A DNA stretch of 64,000 nt from Eledone cirrhosa (Eukaryota): assembly GCA_964016885.1 (NCBI GenBank), contig OZ024740.1:3720001-3784000 (forward strand). Reading direction: 5' to 3'. Numbering within the stretch: the first letter of the stretch is position 1; every line of letters starts with the position of its first letter. The position numbers were made by a program, and so were the translations under genes. The notes under the pieces are model-generated. The model saw nothing but the letters and a program-made list of their open reading frames with translations, made no database searches and was not told the origin of the DNA. Shown piece by piece: positions 1 to 11,100 of this stretch.

Positions 1-793
1 CGGCCACTATTTTATATCCATGTAGGAGAACCCCTACCGATGCGCTGAACGAGTGTGACTTTTTAGTCCAGCCAGCGACTTGAAAACTCTAGTACAAACA
101 CTACACTTGTGACAATTATTGACACATAGTGCTGGGCTCATGGTACCATGTGACGACAAGTGCAGAGAGATCTCCAGATATAAAGCAATGCCTGTGCCGT
201 GAAGCTTTTATAGTGAGCAAAGGCACTGCACAAAGCCAGTCCCACTCTCTTAACCAAGATGATATGTACCAAAAAGAAGAACAAGTCAACATCATTGGAT
301 ACCATCAGGTTTGCAGGTGTTATATCAGAGTTTTCCTTCTCCTAGAATTCTGCCTTGACAAAGGCTAAGGGGTCATCTCTCCCGGTGATTTTTGTCATGA
401 CACCTACATGACCAGTTTACAACATTGACTGGGCACTTTTTGTCATGTCGCCATCATGAACACTTTATTGGCTTTTGCATTCTGAGTTCAAATCCTGCTG
501 TTACCTAATTGGGTAGTTGACTTGGTATGTCGCCTGATTTAACACCAGCTTCTGGTTCTTGAGTGTCTTTAATGGAGTCCACTCTGTTATAAGTATTTGG
601 GCCACCTTACTAACTGCAAGTGTAGCCTACAGTATATTGTTTGGTCTAAGTGGGCAAGTAATTGATGTATGAAATAGATTAACTACTCTCATTAAACGAA
701 TAATATAAAGAATTGATGTTTATTGAGAGGAAAGATTCTCAATCATAATATAACATTTAGAGTGGGTTGTGTCATGGTGGTAGGGTCATGAGT

Positions 794-863
794 GAGAGGG
801 GGGAGAGAGAGGGAGGCGTAGGATAGGGAGAGACAGAGAGAGGGAGAGTAACAGAGAGAGAGA
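794..863. repeat. Imperfect (GA)n polypurine microsatellite
   Basis: Run of gagagagaga/gggagagag seen directly. Confidence 0.85.
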
Positions 864-1062
864 CTTTGAAGTAAACAGTCCCTAATAATAAATATTCTAT
901 AAAAAGTATATAAGTATTTCAATCAATGCATGTTTAGTGTGTTTATTACACAAAGCCATGAAAGAAGCATATATATTATATATAGTTCAACAATATATAG
1001 ACACAGAGATACAAAGACACAGTCTTATTAGTTTCATCTCATGTAATATATATATATATATA

Positions 1063-1337
1063 GAGAATGAGAAAATGAGAAGTAGTTTCAGATGTTAAAG
1101 CCCTTTATTGGTAATACTGTGATACATATTTCAATGACGATAGTGGCCACACGATTCCGTGTACCAAGTGCCGTGATCTCATCAGACAGCTTCTAACATA
1201 ATAAGGGAACGGACAAGGCGTGTATTCTTGAATCGCGTGCCCGTTGCCACAGGGGAACAGGCAGATTGAAATATGTATCACAGCATTATCAATAAAGGAC
1301 TTTAACATCTGAAACTACTTTGCATTTTCTTATTCTA
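1063..1337. mobile_element. MITE-like fold-back element with ~72-bp terminal inverted repeats, in (TA)n
   Basis: 1063-1135 (gagaatgagaaaatgagaagtagtttcagatgttaaagccctttattggtaatactgtgatacatatttcaat) is the reverse complement of 1265-1337 with few mismatches. TA runs flank both ends; spacer ~130 bp. Confidence 0.75.
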
Positions 1338-1643
1338 TATATACTCCGTTTTTCCTATGTGGAAAAAATACATCGAGTGCTTGATTTGAATTGCATCAAG
1401 GTTTACCGTAAGATATATATATATAATAATAATTAGGGAACAAAGAATCAGTATTGCATCATATACATATTTAATCACAATATGTTTAACTGCTGATCAG
1501 CCCAAGGAACGATCGATTATGTTTGTTCCTGACTCTGGAATTGAAAGCTCCTCTCATATGTGTTCTCACATGTAGACTTACATCCAAATATATATACATT
1601 TAATTTTTGTATTTGCTTTGCAAGATTTCTTATCTGAGCTCAC

Positions 1644-1863
1644 AAAAACAAGATGGTGTAGGACAGAACATAGGAGAGACACAAAATAACAAATTAGTCA
1701 CTGAGGAGGTCACAGAATGTGTGACAAAAGAGCTTTGAAAATAAACAAATAAAACAACCATCTGATTAGTAATCTAACCAACTGGAAGTTTATAATAAGT
1801 TGAAGTGAAAACCAATAGATGCATGTGTTTTTATTGGCAGCATGACCCTCCTAAAGTATAACT
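1644..1863 (-). pseudogene. Diverged paralogous copy of the candidate TM exon start and its upstream intron (cf. 24348-24652)
   Basis: Minus strand tcacacattctgtgacctcctcag|tga matches tcacacatttctgtgacattttcag|tga at 24440. tgaagtgaaaaccaa and gcatgaccctcc..tataact at 1801-1863 match 24573-24652. Possible donors GTGAGC (exon end 1644) or GTAAGT (exon end 1582). Confidence 0.5.
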
Positions 1864-1873
1864 ATATATATAT

Positions 1874-2653
1874 AGGAAAGGTGTAGGTAGGAACTCCATT
1901 CTTTGCCCCAAATGCAAACAATGGGTACACAAGAGATGTAGCGGGATCTCAGGAAGCTTAATTAAGAATGTAGGATTCACATGCAGCAGCTGTGCTGAAA
2001 CAGCAAGCAAACAGCCACAGGAAACAAGTACCACCAATCTCTGGGAGGGCCCTGTAGAAACAGTAGACAGCTTCTGCTACCTAGGTGACCGAATTAGCAA
2101 CGGAGGTGGGTGCTCAGAAAGTACAATAACTAGGGTAAGAACGGGATGGAAGAAGTTTAGGGAACTACTACCACTGCTAGCTGCAAAAGGCTTCTCCCTC
2201 AGAATGAAAGGCAGACTGTATGATGCGTGTATCCGAACAGCGATGTTGCATGGTAGTGAGACCTGGGCGCTGAAGGTGGAAGACCTACGTAGATTAGAGA
2301 GAAACGAAGCCTGCATGCTCCGATGGATGTGTAACAGTAATATACGTGAACGACAAAGCATAAATAAATTGAGAGAGAGACTGAGCATAAGAGGAATCAA
2401 ATGCTGCGTGCAGGAGAGGCGGTTACGCTGGTATGGACATGTGATGCGTATGAAGGATGACAGCTGCATAAAAAGGTGCAGAGCACTAGAAGTTGATGGA
2501 AACCGCGGAGTGGGGAGACCCAAGATGACTTGGGATGAGGTGATAAAAGCCGACCTTACCCAACTACACCTCTCAAAGTCAATGACACACGACCGTGACT
2601 TCTGGCGTCACGCAGTAATACAGGGTACCCGACCTCCCATGGGTACATGCTGA
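1874..2653 (+). CDS. Partial LINE reverse-transcriptase ORF C-terminus with PHD-like Cys/His finger (259 codons, no start)
   Basis: The frame of track ORF 2204-2653 stays open upstream to 1874: RKGVGRNSILCPKCKQWVHKRCSGISGSLIKNVGFTCSSC...VDSFCYLGDRISNGGGCSESTITRVRTGWKKFRELLPLL. Stop at 2651-2653. Confidence 0.8.
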   Translation, partial: RKGVGRNSILCPKCKQWVHKRCSGISGSLIKNVGFTCSSCAETASKQPQETSTTNLWEGPVETVDSFCYLGDRISNGGGCSESTITRVRTGWKKFRELLPLLAAKGFSLRMKGRLYDACIRTAMLHGSETWALKVEDLRRLERNEACMLRWMCNSNIRERQSINKLRERLSIRGIKCCVQERRLRWYGHVMRMKDDSCIKRCRALEVDGNRGVGRPKMTWDEVIKADLTQLHLSKSMTHDRDFWRHAVIQGTRPPMGTC

Positions 2654-2953
2654 AGCATATAAACAATATGCCCCCCCCCCCCCACCGCAAGGTGGTCGTG
2701 GAGGTGCCACGGCAAAAAAGCACCCAGCCCACACTGTAAAGTGGACGTGTAGGCGCCACGAAAAAGCACCCAGCACTCACGGTAAATGAGGTTGGTGTTA
2801 GGAAGGGCATCCAGCTGTAGAAATCAAGCCAGATCAGTTCCTGTATGAGCAAGGCATGGTCAGCCGACCAGACACTGCCCACAACAGGACAACCCGTCTA
2901 ACCCATGCTAGCGTGGAAGAACGGACGTAAAACGGTGATGATGATGATGATGA

Positions 2954-2957
<4 letters not shown>
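1874..2957 (+). mobile_element. 5'-truncated RTE-clade-like non-LTR retrotransposon (ORF 3' end, 3' UTR, (GAT)n tail)
   Basis: RT C-terminal motifs (FCYLGD, GWKKFREL, MLHGSETW, RRLRWYGHVMR, RGVGRPKMTW). 3' UTR ends in a (GAT)n tail at ~2937-2957. (TA)n on both sides. Confidence 0.9.

Positions 2958-2994
<37 letters not shown>
2957..2994. repeat. (TA)n microsatellite
   Basis: Direct. Confidence 0.95.
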
Positions 2995-2996
<2 letters not shown>

Positions 2997-3207
2997 CAAC
3001 ACGGTAAAAACCTCCCAGTCCCACACTGTAAATGTGGTTGGTGTTAGGAAGGGCATCCAACTGTAGAAAACCCGCCAGACAGTCCTATGCAAGCAAGACA
3101 ACCACTCTTGCCTCAAGTGGGAAAACTCCCATCCAAACCCATGCAAGCATGGAACATGGACGTTAAACGATGATGATCATGATGATGATGATGATGATGA
3201 TGATGAT
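2995..3207 (+). mobile_element. Second retroposon 3' end (LINE 3'-UTR fragment or SINE tail) with (GAT)n tail
   Basis: Shares cacactgtaaa, gttggtgttaggaagggcatcc..ctgtagaaa and aacccatgc.agc.tggaa...ggacgt.aaacg plus (GAT)n with 2730-2957; the middle part differs. Confidence 0.85.
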
Positions 3208-3280
3208 ATATTAGGATTGGTGCTCATGTATACATGAATATATATATTATATATATGGCAATATACTGTATGTTTAATTA

Positions 3281-3790
3281 AAAACATTTTGAAGACATTG
3301 CGCTGACATTTTTAAAGTAGTGACTATGTCTCTTACTTCTTTTTTTCCGCAAAAGAAGGGAGAGAAGCTAACAGAGTCTGTTTCACACTGTTGGTGATCA
3401 TCAGAGCAATGTGTCCCCACCTCTGCTGAAAATCATAGAAGCTGGATTCTTATAGAATTCCAGAAATAATCAGGAACTGATTATACAGAGCGATTGCCGG
3501 TCCAGCAAAAATTAGACATTAGGATTGGTGCTCTGAAATAGTAATGTATACATGAATGTATATTTGGTAATATACCATATGTTTAATTAAAAACATTTTG
3601 AAGACCATGCGCTATCATTTACTTCTTTATTTTTGGCTTTTCAGCAAAGGTGAGTAGTACGTTGCTGTGAGGATCACCAAAGTGTGACACAGATTCTGTT
3701 AGCTTCTCTCCCTTCTTTTGCCGAAAAAAAGAAGTAAGTGATATAGTCACTACTTTAAAAATGATAACGCAAGGTCTTGAAAATATTTTT
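3281..3790. repeat. ~150-bp inverted repeat pair (3281-3432 vs 3638-3790) overlapping a ~100-bp direct repeat (3210-3311 vs 3518-3620)
   Basis: tttaaagtagtgactat...aaaagaagggagagaagctaacaga...tgctgaaaa recurs reverse-complemented. attaggattggtgctc...tgtttaattaaaaacattttgaagac recurs directly. Confidence 0.85.
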
Positions 3791-3792
3791 GA

Positions 3793-4025
3793 AGCAGTCG
3801 CCCATGCATACCAGTCTCTTCTCTCCACGCCACTGATATTGTCCAAGGGAAAGGCACTGACGTCGCAGTGACGTCACAACTCATTTCTACAGCTGAGTAA
3901 AACTGGAGCAACGTGAAATAAAGTGTCTTGCTCAAGGACACAACGCATCACCTGGTCCGAGAATCGAACTCACAACCTCTCAATTGCAAGCCCAATGCTC
4001 TAACCACTAAGCCATGTGCCTTCAC
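3793..4025 (-). mobile_element. tRNA-derived SINE with CORE-like domain
   Basis: Minus strand: A box TGGCTTAGTGG (4014-4004), B box GTTCGATTC (3969-3961), then GTGTCCTTGAGCAAGACACTT resembling the CORE-SINE motif. 3' boundary approximate. Confidence 0.8.
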
Positions 4026-4028
<3 letters not shown>

Positions 4029-4090
<62 letters not shown>

Positions 4091-4133
4091 CATATATATA
4101 CATATATACATATATATACATATATACATATAT
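4029..4133. repeat. Compound (TG)n-(TA)n/(TATATACA)n microsatellite
   Basis: Direct. Confidence 0.95.
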
Positions 4134-4404
4134 GAGATATAAATTGACATAACCCACATTTCTCCATTTCTCTTGAATTTTGAAAATTATGAAACTTGTG
4201 AAAGAGTCATAAATTATTATAAATCTTCTTAAAGACTACAATTGCATTTTCAACTTCTTTTTCCTATATTGTTACCCCCTGGGATGTATTAAAAAAACCT
4301 TACTTTCCAATATATGTGTATATATATATATGTGTGTGTGAGTCCCGAGTTCAATCGGGGGTAACCACAGTAAGTAAAGTACTCAATATATTAGTAGTGT
4401 GTAA

Positions 4405-4538
4405 ATATCATGTTTAATATAGAAATGGCTTCTACGGGACTAGAACTGTTTCATTAAAAAAAAATCATCAGGAAAGCCTGAGGATTTCTTTTGAATGTTC
4501 TAGTGCTGTAGAAGCCATTTCTATATTAAACATGATAT
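4405..4538. mobile_element. Short palindromic MITE-like hairpin (42-bp arms)
   Basis: atatcatgtttaatatagaaatggcttctacgggactagaac (4405-4446) vs gttctagtgctgtagaagccatttctatattaaacatgatat (4497-4538), 2 mismatches. Inner stem aaatcatcagg/cctgaggattt. Abuts (TA)n. Confidence 0.75.
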
Positions 4539-4802
4539 ATATATATATAAACTGATCTCAGTTTGACAACCACCACCGACGAATGCAAGAAAGTTCTCCA
4601 GGAATCTTTAAAAACCTCCCCCCTGAGGTTAACAAAGATCTTACTAGATCTACAAAACCAAATTGTAAAATCATAATATTATAAAATTAAATTAAATTGT
4701 TTAGAACTTCAAGTGAAATCATTCTTTTCCTTTTTTTAAATATATATATATATAAATTCATAGAAACACAAACACATATGATAAGATAAAAGGAGTACTT
4801 AC

Positions 4803-4906
4803 ATCCACAATAGGACAAATACAATTTGGCAAGGACATGCTATCAAATTTCTGGCTGAGGACTGATGCATCTCGAGAATATTTGCCATGGGACTTGAGAA
4901 TTTCGG
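4803..4906 (-). CDS. Candidate 104-nt internal exon
   Basis: Acceptor ttttttatttctatttcag, donor GTAAGT. Two frames open (xEILKSHGKYSRDASVLSQKFDSMSLPNCICPIVD or PKFSSPMANILEMHQSSARNLIACPCQIVFVLLW). A further strong acceptor (ttttacaatttggttttgtag) starts an exon at 4649. Confidence 0.45.
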
Positions 4907-5177
4907 CTGAAATAGAAATAAAAAACATTGTCTTGATGTGGTACTGACTAGGGTCATGCAATTTCAATCTTCAAGTCAACATATTTTGTTTGAAGAAGCT
5001 GCCCCATGAGGTGGGGGTGGCTGTTGCAGCAGTTATCATTGGCCATCATGAGTGGAAATACATTGGTGATCTTGTCCACAGGGTGCAGTCCCAACACCAC
5101 CATGCCCTAGGTCAAGAGCCCATCACCCTCCCCCCCTCCCATTCTTTTGTGACCCTAGTACCCTTCCTTTTTAAATA

Positions 5178-8100
5178 TTTGTAGTGGATTTGTAGTCTAG
5201 GATTTGTTGTAGTCTAGGATTTGTAGTCTAGGTTTGTTGTAGTCTAGTATTTGTAGTCTATGATTTGTAGACTAGGATTTGTAGTCTAGGATTTGTTGTA
5301 GTCTAGGATTTGTTGTAGTCTATGATTTGTTGTAGTCTATGATTTGTAGTCTAGGATTTGTTATAGTCTAGGATTTGTTGTAGTCTATGATTTGTAGTCT
5401 AGGATTTGTAGTCTATGATTTGTAGTCTAGGATTTGTAGTCTATGATTTGTAGTCTAGATTTGTTGTAGTCTAGGATTTGTTGTAGTCTAGGATTTGTAG
5501 TCTAGATTTGTTGTCTATGTTTGTTGTAGTCTAGGATTTGTAGTCTAGGATTTGTTGTAGTCTAGGATTTGTTGTAGTCTATGATTTGTAGTCTAGGATT
5601 TGTTGTAGTCTATGATTTGTAGTCTAGGATTTGTTGTAGTCTATGATTTGTAGTCTAGGATTTGTAGTCTAGGATTTGTAGTCTAGGATTTGTAGTCTAT
5701 GATTTGTAGTCTAGATTTGTTGTAGTCTAGGATGTGTTGTAGTCTAGGATTTGTAGTCTAGATTTGTTGTCTATGTTTGTTGTAGTCTAGGATTTGTAGT
5801 CTAGGATTTGTTGTAGTCTAGGATTTGTTGTAGTCTAGGATTTGTAGTCTAGGATTTGTTGTAGTCTATGATTTGTAGTCTAGGATTTGTTGTAGTCTAT
5901 GATTTGTAGTCTAGGATTTGTTGTAGTCTATGATTTGTAGTCTAGGATTTGTAGTCTATGATTTGTAGTCTAGATTTGTTGTAGTCTAGGATTTGTTGTA
6001 GTCTAGGATTTGTAGTCTAGATTTGTTGTCTATGTTTGTTGTAGTCTAGGATTTGTAGTCTAGGATTTGTTGTAGTCTAGGATTTGTTGTAGTCTATGAT
6101 TTGTAGTCTAGGATTTGTTGTAGTCTATGATTTGTAGTCTAGGATTTGTTGTAGTCTATGATTTGTAGTCTAGGATTTGTTGTAGTCTATGATTTGTAGT
6201 CTACGATTTGTAGTCTAGGATTTGTAGTCTAGGATTTGTAGTCTACGATTTGTAGTCTAGGATTTGTAGTCTAGGATTTGTAGTCTATGATTTGTAGTCT
6301 AGGGTTTGTAGTCTAGGATTTGTAGTCTAGGATTTGTAGTCTACGATTTGTAGTCTAGGATTTGTTGTACTCTAGGATTTGTAGTCTAGGATTTGTTGTA
6401 CTCTAGGATTTGTACTCTATGTTTGTTGTAGTCTATAATTTGTAGTCTAGGATTTGTATTCTATGTTTGTTGTAGTCTAGGATTTGTAGTCTAGATTTGT
6501 TGTCTATGTTTGTTGTAGTCTAGGATTTGTTGTAGTCTATGATTTGTAGTCTACGATTTGTAGTCTATGATTTGTAGTCTAGGATTTGTAGTCTAGGATT
6601 TGTAGTCTAGGATTTGTTGTAGTCTAGGGTTTGTAGTCTAGGATTTGTTGTAGTCTAGGATTTGTAGTCTAGGATTTGTTGTAGTCTATGATTTGTACTC
6701 TATGATTTGTAGTCTAGGATTTGTAGTCTATGATTTGTAGTCTAGGATTTGTAGTCTACGATTTGTAGTCTAGGATTTGTAGTCTAGGATTTGTAGTCTA
6801 TGATTTGTAGTCTATGATTTGTAGTCTAGGATTTGTAGTCTACGATTTGTAGTCTACGATTTGTAGTCTAGGATTTGTAGTCTACGATTTGTAGTCTAGA
6901 ATTTGTAGTCTATGATTTGTAGTCTAGGATTTGTAGTCTAGGATTTGTAGTCTAGGATTTGTAGTCTATGATTTGTAGTCTAGGATTTGTATTCTATGTT
7001 TGTTGTAGTCTAGGATTTGTAGTCTAGATTTGTTGTCTATGTTTGTTGTAGTCTAGGATTTGTTGTAGTCTATGATTTGTAGTCTACGATTTGTAGTCTA
7101 TGATTTGTAGTCTATGATTTGTAGTCTAGGATTTGTAGGCTAGGATTTGTTGTAGTCTAGGGTTTGTAGTCTAGGATTTGTTGTAGTCTAGGATTTGTAG
7201 TCTAGGATTTGTTGTAGTCTATGATTTGTACTCTATGATTTGTAGTCTAGGATTTGTAGTCTATGATTTGTAGTCTAGGATTTGTAGTTTACGATTTGTA
7301 GTCTAGGATTTGTAGTCTAGGATTTGTAGTCTATGATTTGTAGTCTATAATTTGTTGTCTAGGATTTGTTGTAGTCTAGGATTTGTAGTCTAGGATTTGT
7401 AGTCTAGGATTTGTAGTCTAGGATTTGTAGTCTAGGATTTGTTGTAGTCTAGGATTTGTAGTCTAGGATTTGTAGTCTAGGATTTGTAGTCTATGATTTG
7501 TAGTCTATGATTTGTAGTCTAGGATTTGTAGTCTAGGATTTGTAGTCTAGGATTTGTAGTCTATGTTTGTTGTAGTCTAGGATTTGTAGTCTAGATTTGT
7601 TGTCTATGTTTGTTGTAGTCTAGGATTTGTTGTAGTCTATGATTTGTAGTCTACGATTTGTAGTCTATGATTTGTAGTCTATGATTTGTAGTCTAGGATT
7701 TGTATTCTAGGATTTGTTGTAGTCTAGGGTTTGTAGTCTAGGGTTTGTTGTAGTCTAGGATTTGTAGTCTAGGATTTGTTGTAGTCTATGATTTGTACTC
7801 TATGATTTGTAGTCTAGGATTTGTAGTCTAGGATTTGTAGTCTAGGATTTGAAGTCTACGATTTGTAGTCTAGGATTTGTAGTCTATGATTTGTAGTCTA
7901 TGATTTGTAGTCTATGATTTGTAGTCTAGGATTTGTAGTCTACGATTTGTAGTCTAGGATTTGTAGTCTAGGATTTGTAGTCTACGATTTGTAGTCTAGA
8001 ATTTGTAGTCTATGATTTGTAGTCTAGGATTTGTAGTCTAGGATTTGTAGTCTAGGATTTGTAGTCTAGGATTTGTAGTCTACGATTTGTAGTCTAGGAT

Positions 8101-11100
8101 TTGTAGTCTAGGATTTGTAGTCTAGGATTTGTTGTAGTCTAGGATTTGTAGTCTAGGATTTGTAGTCTATGATTTGTAGTCTAGGATTTGTAGTCTAGGA
8201 TTTGTTGTAGTCTAGGATTTGTAGTCTAGGATTTGTTGTAGTCTATGATTTGTACTCTATGATTTGTAGTCTAGGATTTGTAGTCTAGGATTTGTAGTCT
8301 AGGATTTGTAGTCTAGGATTTGTAGTCTACGATTTGTAGTCTAGGATTTGTAGTCTAGGATTTGTAGTCTATGATTTGTAGTCTATGATTTGTAGTCTAG
8401 GATTTGTAGTCTACGATTTGTAGTCTAGGATTTGTAGTCTAGGATTTGTAGTCTACGATTTGTAGTCTAGAATTTGTAGTCTATGATTTGTAGTCTATGA
8501 TTTGTAGTCTAGGATTTGTAGTCTAGGATTTGTAGTCTAGGATTTGTAGTCTACGATTTGTAGTCTACGATTTGTAGTCTAGGATTTGTAGTCTAGGATT
8601 TGTTGTAGTCTAGGATTTGTAGTCTAGGATTTGTAGTCTAGGATTTGTAGTCTAGGATTTGTCGTCTAGGATTTGTTGTAGTCTAGGATTTGTAGTCTAG
8701 GATTTGTAGTCTATGATTTGTAGTCTAGGATTTGTAGTCTAGGATTTGTAGTCTATGATTTGTAGTCTAGGATTTGTAGTCTAGGATTTGTAGTCTAGGA
8801 TTTGTAGTCTAGGATTTGTAGTCTAGGATTTGTAGTCTAGGATTTGTAGTCTAGGATTTGTAGTCTATGATTTGTAGTCTAGGATTTGTAGTCTAGGATT
8901 TGTAGTCTAGGATTTGTAGTCTAGGATTTGTAGTCTATGATTTGTAGTCTATGATTTGTACTCTATGATTTGTAGTCTATGATTTGTAGTCTAGGATTTG
9001 TAGTCTATGATTTGTACTCTATGATTTGTAGTCTAGGATTTGTAGTCTATGATTTGTAGTCTAGGATTTGTAGTCTATGATTTGTTGTCTATGTTTGTTG
9101 TAGTCTAGGATTTGTTGTAGTCTATGATTTGTAGTCTACGATTTGTAGTCTATGATTTGTAGTCTAGGATTTGTAGTCTAGGATTTGTAGTCTAGGATTT
9201 GTTGTAGTCTAGGGTTTGTAGTCTAGGATTTGTTGTAGTCTAGGATTTGTAGTCTAGGATTTGTTGTAGTCTATGATTTGTACTCTATGATTTGTAGTCT
9301 AGGATTTGTAGTCTATGATTTGTAGTCTAGGATTTGTAGTCTACGATTTGTAGTCTAGGATTTGTAGTCTAGGATTTGTAGTCTATGATTTGTAGTCTAT
9401 GATTTGTAGTCTAGGATTTGTAGTCTACGATTTGTAGTCTACGATTTGTAGTCTAGGATTTGTAGTCTACGATTTGTAGTCTAGAATTTGTAGTCTATGA
9501 TTTGTAGTCTATGATTTGTAGTCTAGGATTTGTAGTCTAGGATTTGTAGTCTAGGATTTGTAGTCTATGATTTGTAGTCTATGTTTGTTGTAGTCTAGGA
9601 TTTGTTGTAGTCTATGATTTGTAGTCTACGATTTGTAGTCTATGATTTGTAGTCTAGGATTTGTAGTCTAGGATTTGTAGTCTAGGATTTGTATTCTATG
9701 TTTGTTGTAGTCTAGGATTTGTAGTCTAGATTTGTTGTCTATGTTTGTTGTAGTCTAGGATTTGTTGTAGTCTATGATTTGTAGTCTACGATTTGTAGTC
9801 TATGATTTGTAGTCTAGGATTTGTAGTCTAGGATTTGTAGGCTAGGATTTGTTGTAGTCTAGGGTTTGTAGTCTAGGATTTGTTGTAGTCTAGGATTTGT
9901 AGTCTAGGATTTGTTGTAGTCTATGATTTGTACTCTATGATTTGTAGTCTAGGATTTGTAGTCTATGATTTGTAGTCTAGGATTTGTAGTTTACGATTTG
10001 TAGTCTAGGATTTGTAGTCTAGGATTTGTAGTCTATGATTTGTAGTCTATGATTTGTAGTCTAGGATTTGTAGTCTACGATTTGTAGTCTAGGATTTGTA
10101 GTCTAGGATTTGTAGTCTACGATTTGTAGTCTAGAATTTGTAGTCTATGATTTGTAGTCTATGATTTGTAGTCTAGGATTTGTAGTCTAGGATTTGTAGT
10201 CTAGGATTTGTAGTCTAGGATTTGTAGTCTAGGATTTGTAGTCTAGGATTTGTAGTCTAGGAATTGTTGTAGTCTAGGATTTGTAGTCTAGGATTTGTAG
10301 TCTAGGATTTGTAGTCTAGGATTTGTAGTCTAGGATTTGTTGTAGTCTAGGATTTGTAGTCTAGGATTTGTAGTCTAGGAATTGTAGTCTATGATTTGTA
10401 GTCTATGATTTGTAGTCTAGGATTTGTAGTCTAGGATTTGTAGTCTAGGATTTGTAGTCTATGTTTGTTGTAGTCTAGGATTTGTAGTCTAGATTTGTTG
10501 TCTATGTTTGTTGTAGTCTAGGATTTGTTGTAGTCTATGATTTGTAGTCTACGATTTGTAGTCTATGATTTGTAGTCTATGATTTGTAGTCTAGGATTTG
10601 TATTCTAGGATTTGTTGTAGTCTAGGGTTTGTAGTCTAGGGTTTGTTGTAGTCTAGGATTTGTAGTCTAGGATTTGTTGTAGTCTATGATTTGTACTCTA
10701 TGATTTGTAGTCTAGGATTTGTAGTCTAGGATTTGTAGTCTAGGATTTGTAGTCTACGATTTGTAGTCTAGGATTTGTAGTCTATGATTTGTAGTCTATG
10801 ATTTGTAGTCTATGATTTGTAGTCTAGGATTTGTAGTCTACGATTTGTAGTCTAGGATTTGTAGTCTAGGATTTGTAGTCTACGATTTGTAGTCTAGAAT
10901 TTGTAGTCTATGATTTGTAGTCTAGGATTTGTAGTCTAGGATTTGTAGTCTAGGATTTGTAGTCTAGGATTTGTAGTCTACGATTTGTAGTCTAGGATTT
11001 GTAGTCTAGGATTTGTAGTCTAGTATTTGTTGTAGTCTAGGATTTGTAGTCTAGGATTTGTAGTCTATGATTTGTAGTCTAGGATTTGTATTCTAGGATT

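Noticed and set aside
129-368. 79-aa ORF
   Set aside because: GTG start, no recognisable motif; the 3' part looks like a repeat remnant.
1431-1534. Weak inverted repeat (aattagggaacaaa / tttgttcctgact)
   Set aside because: Too short and mismatched to call an element.
2077-3146. Minus-strand ORFs over the LINE
   Set aside because: Antisense shadows of the LINE ORF, UTR and microsatellites.
3950-4025. tRNA gene
   Set aside because: A and B boxes run into a CORE-like body; no clean cloverleaf, so it is a SINE head.
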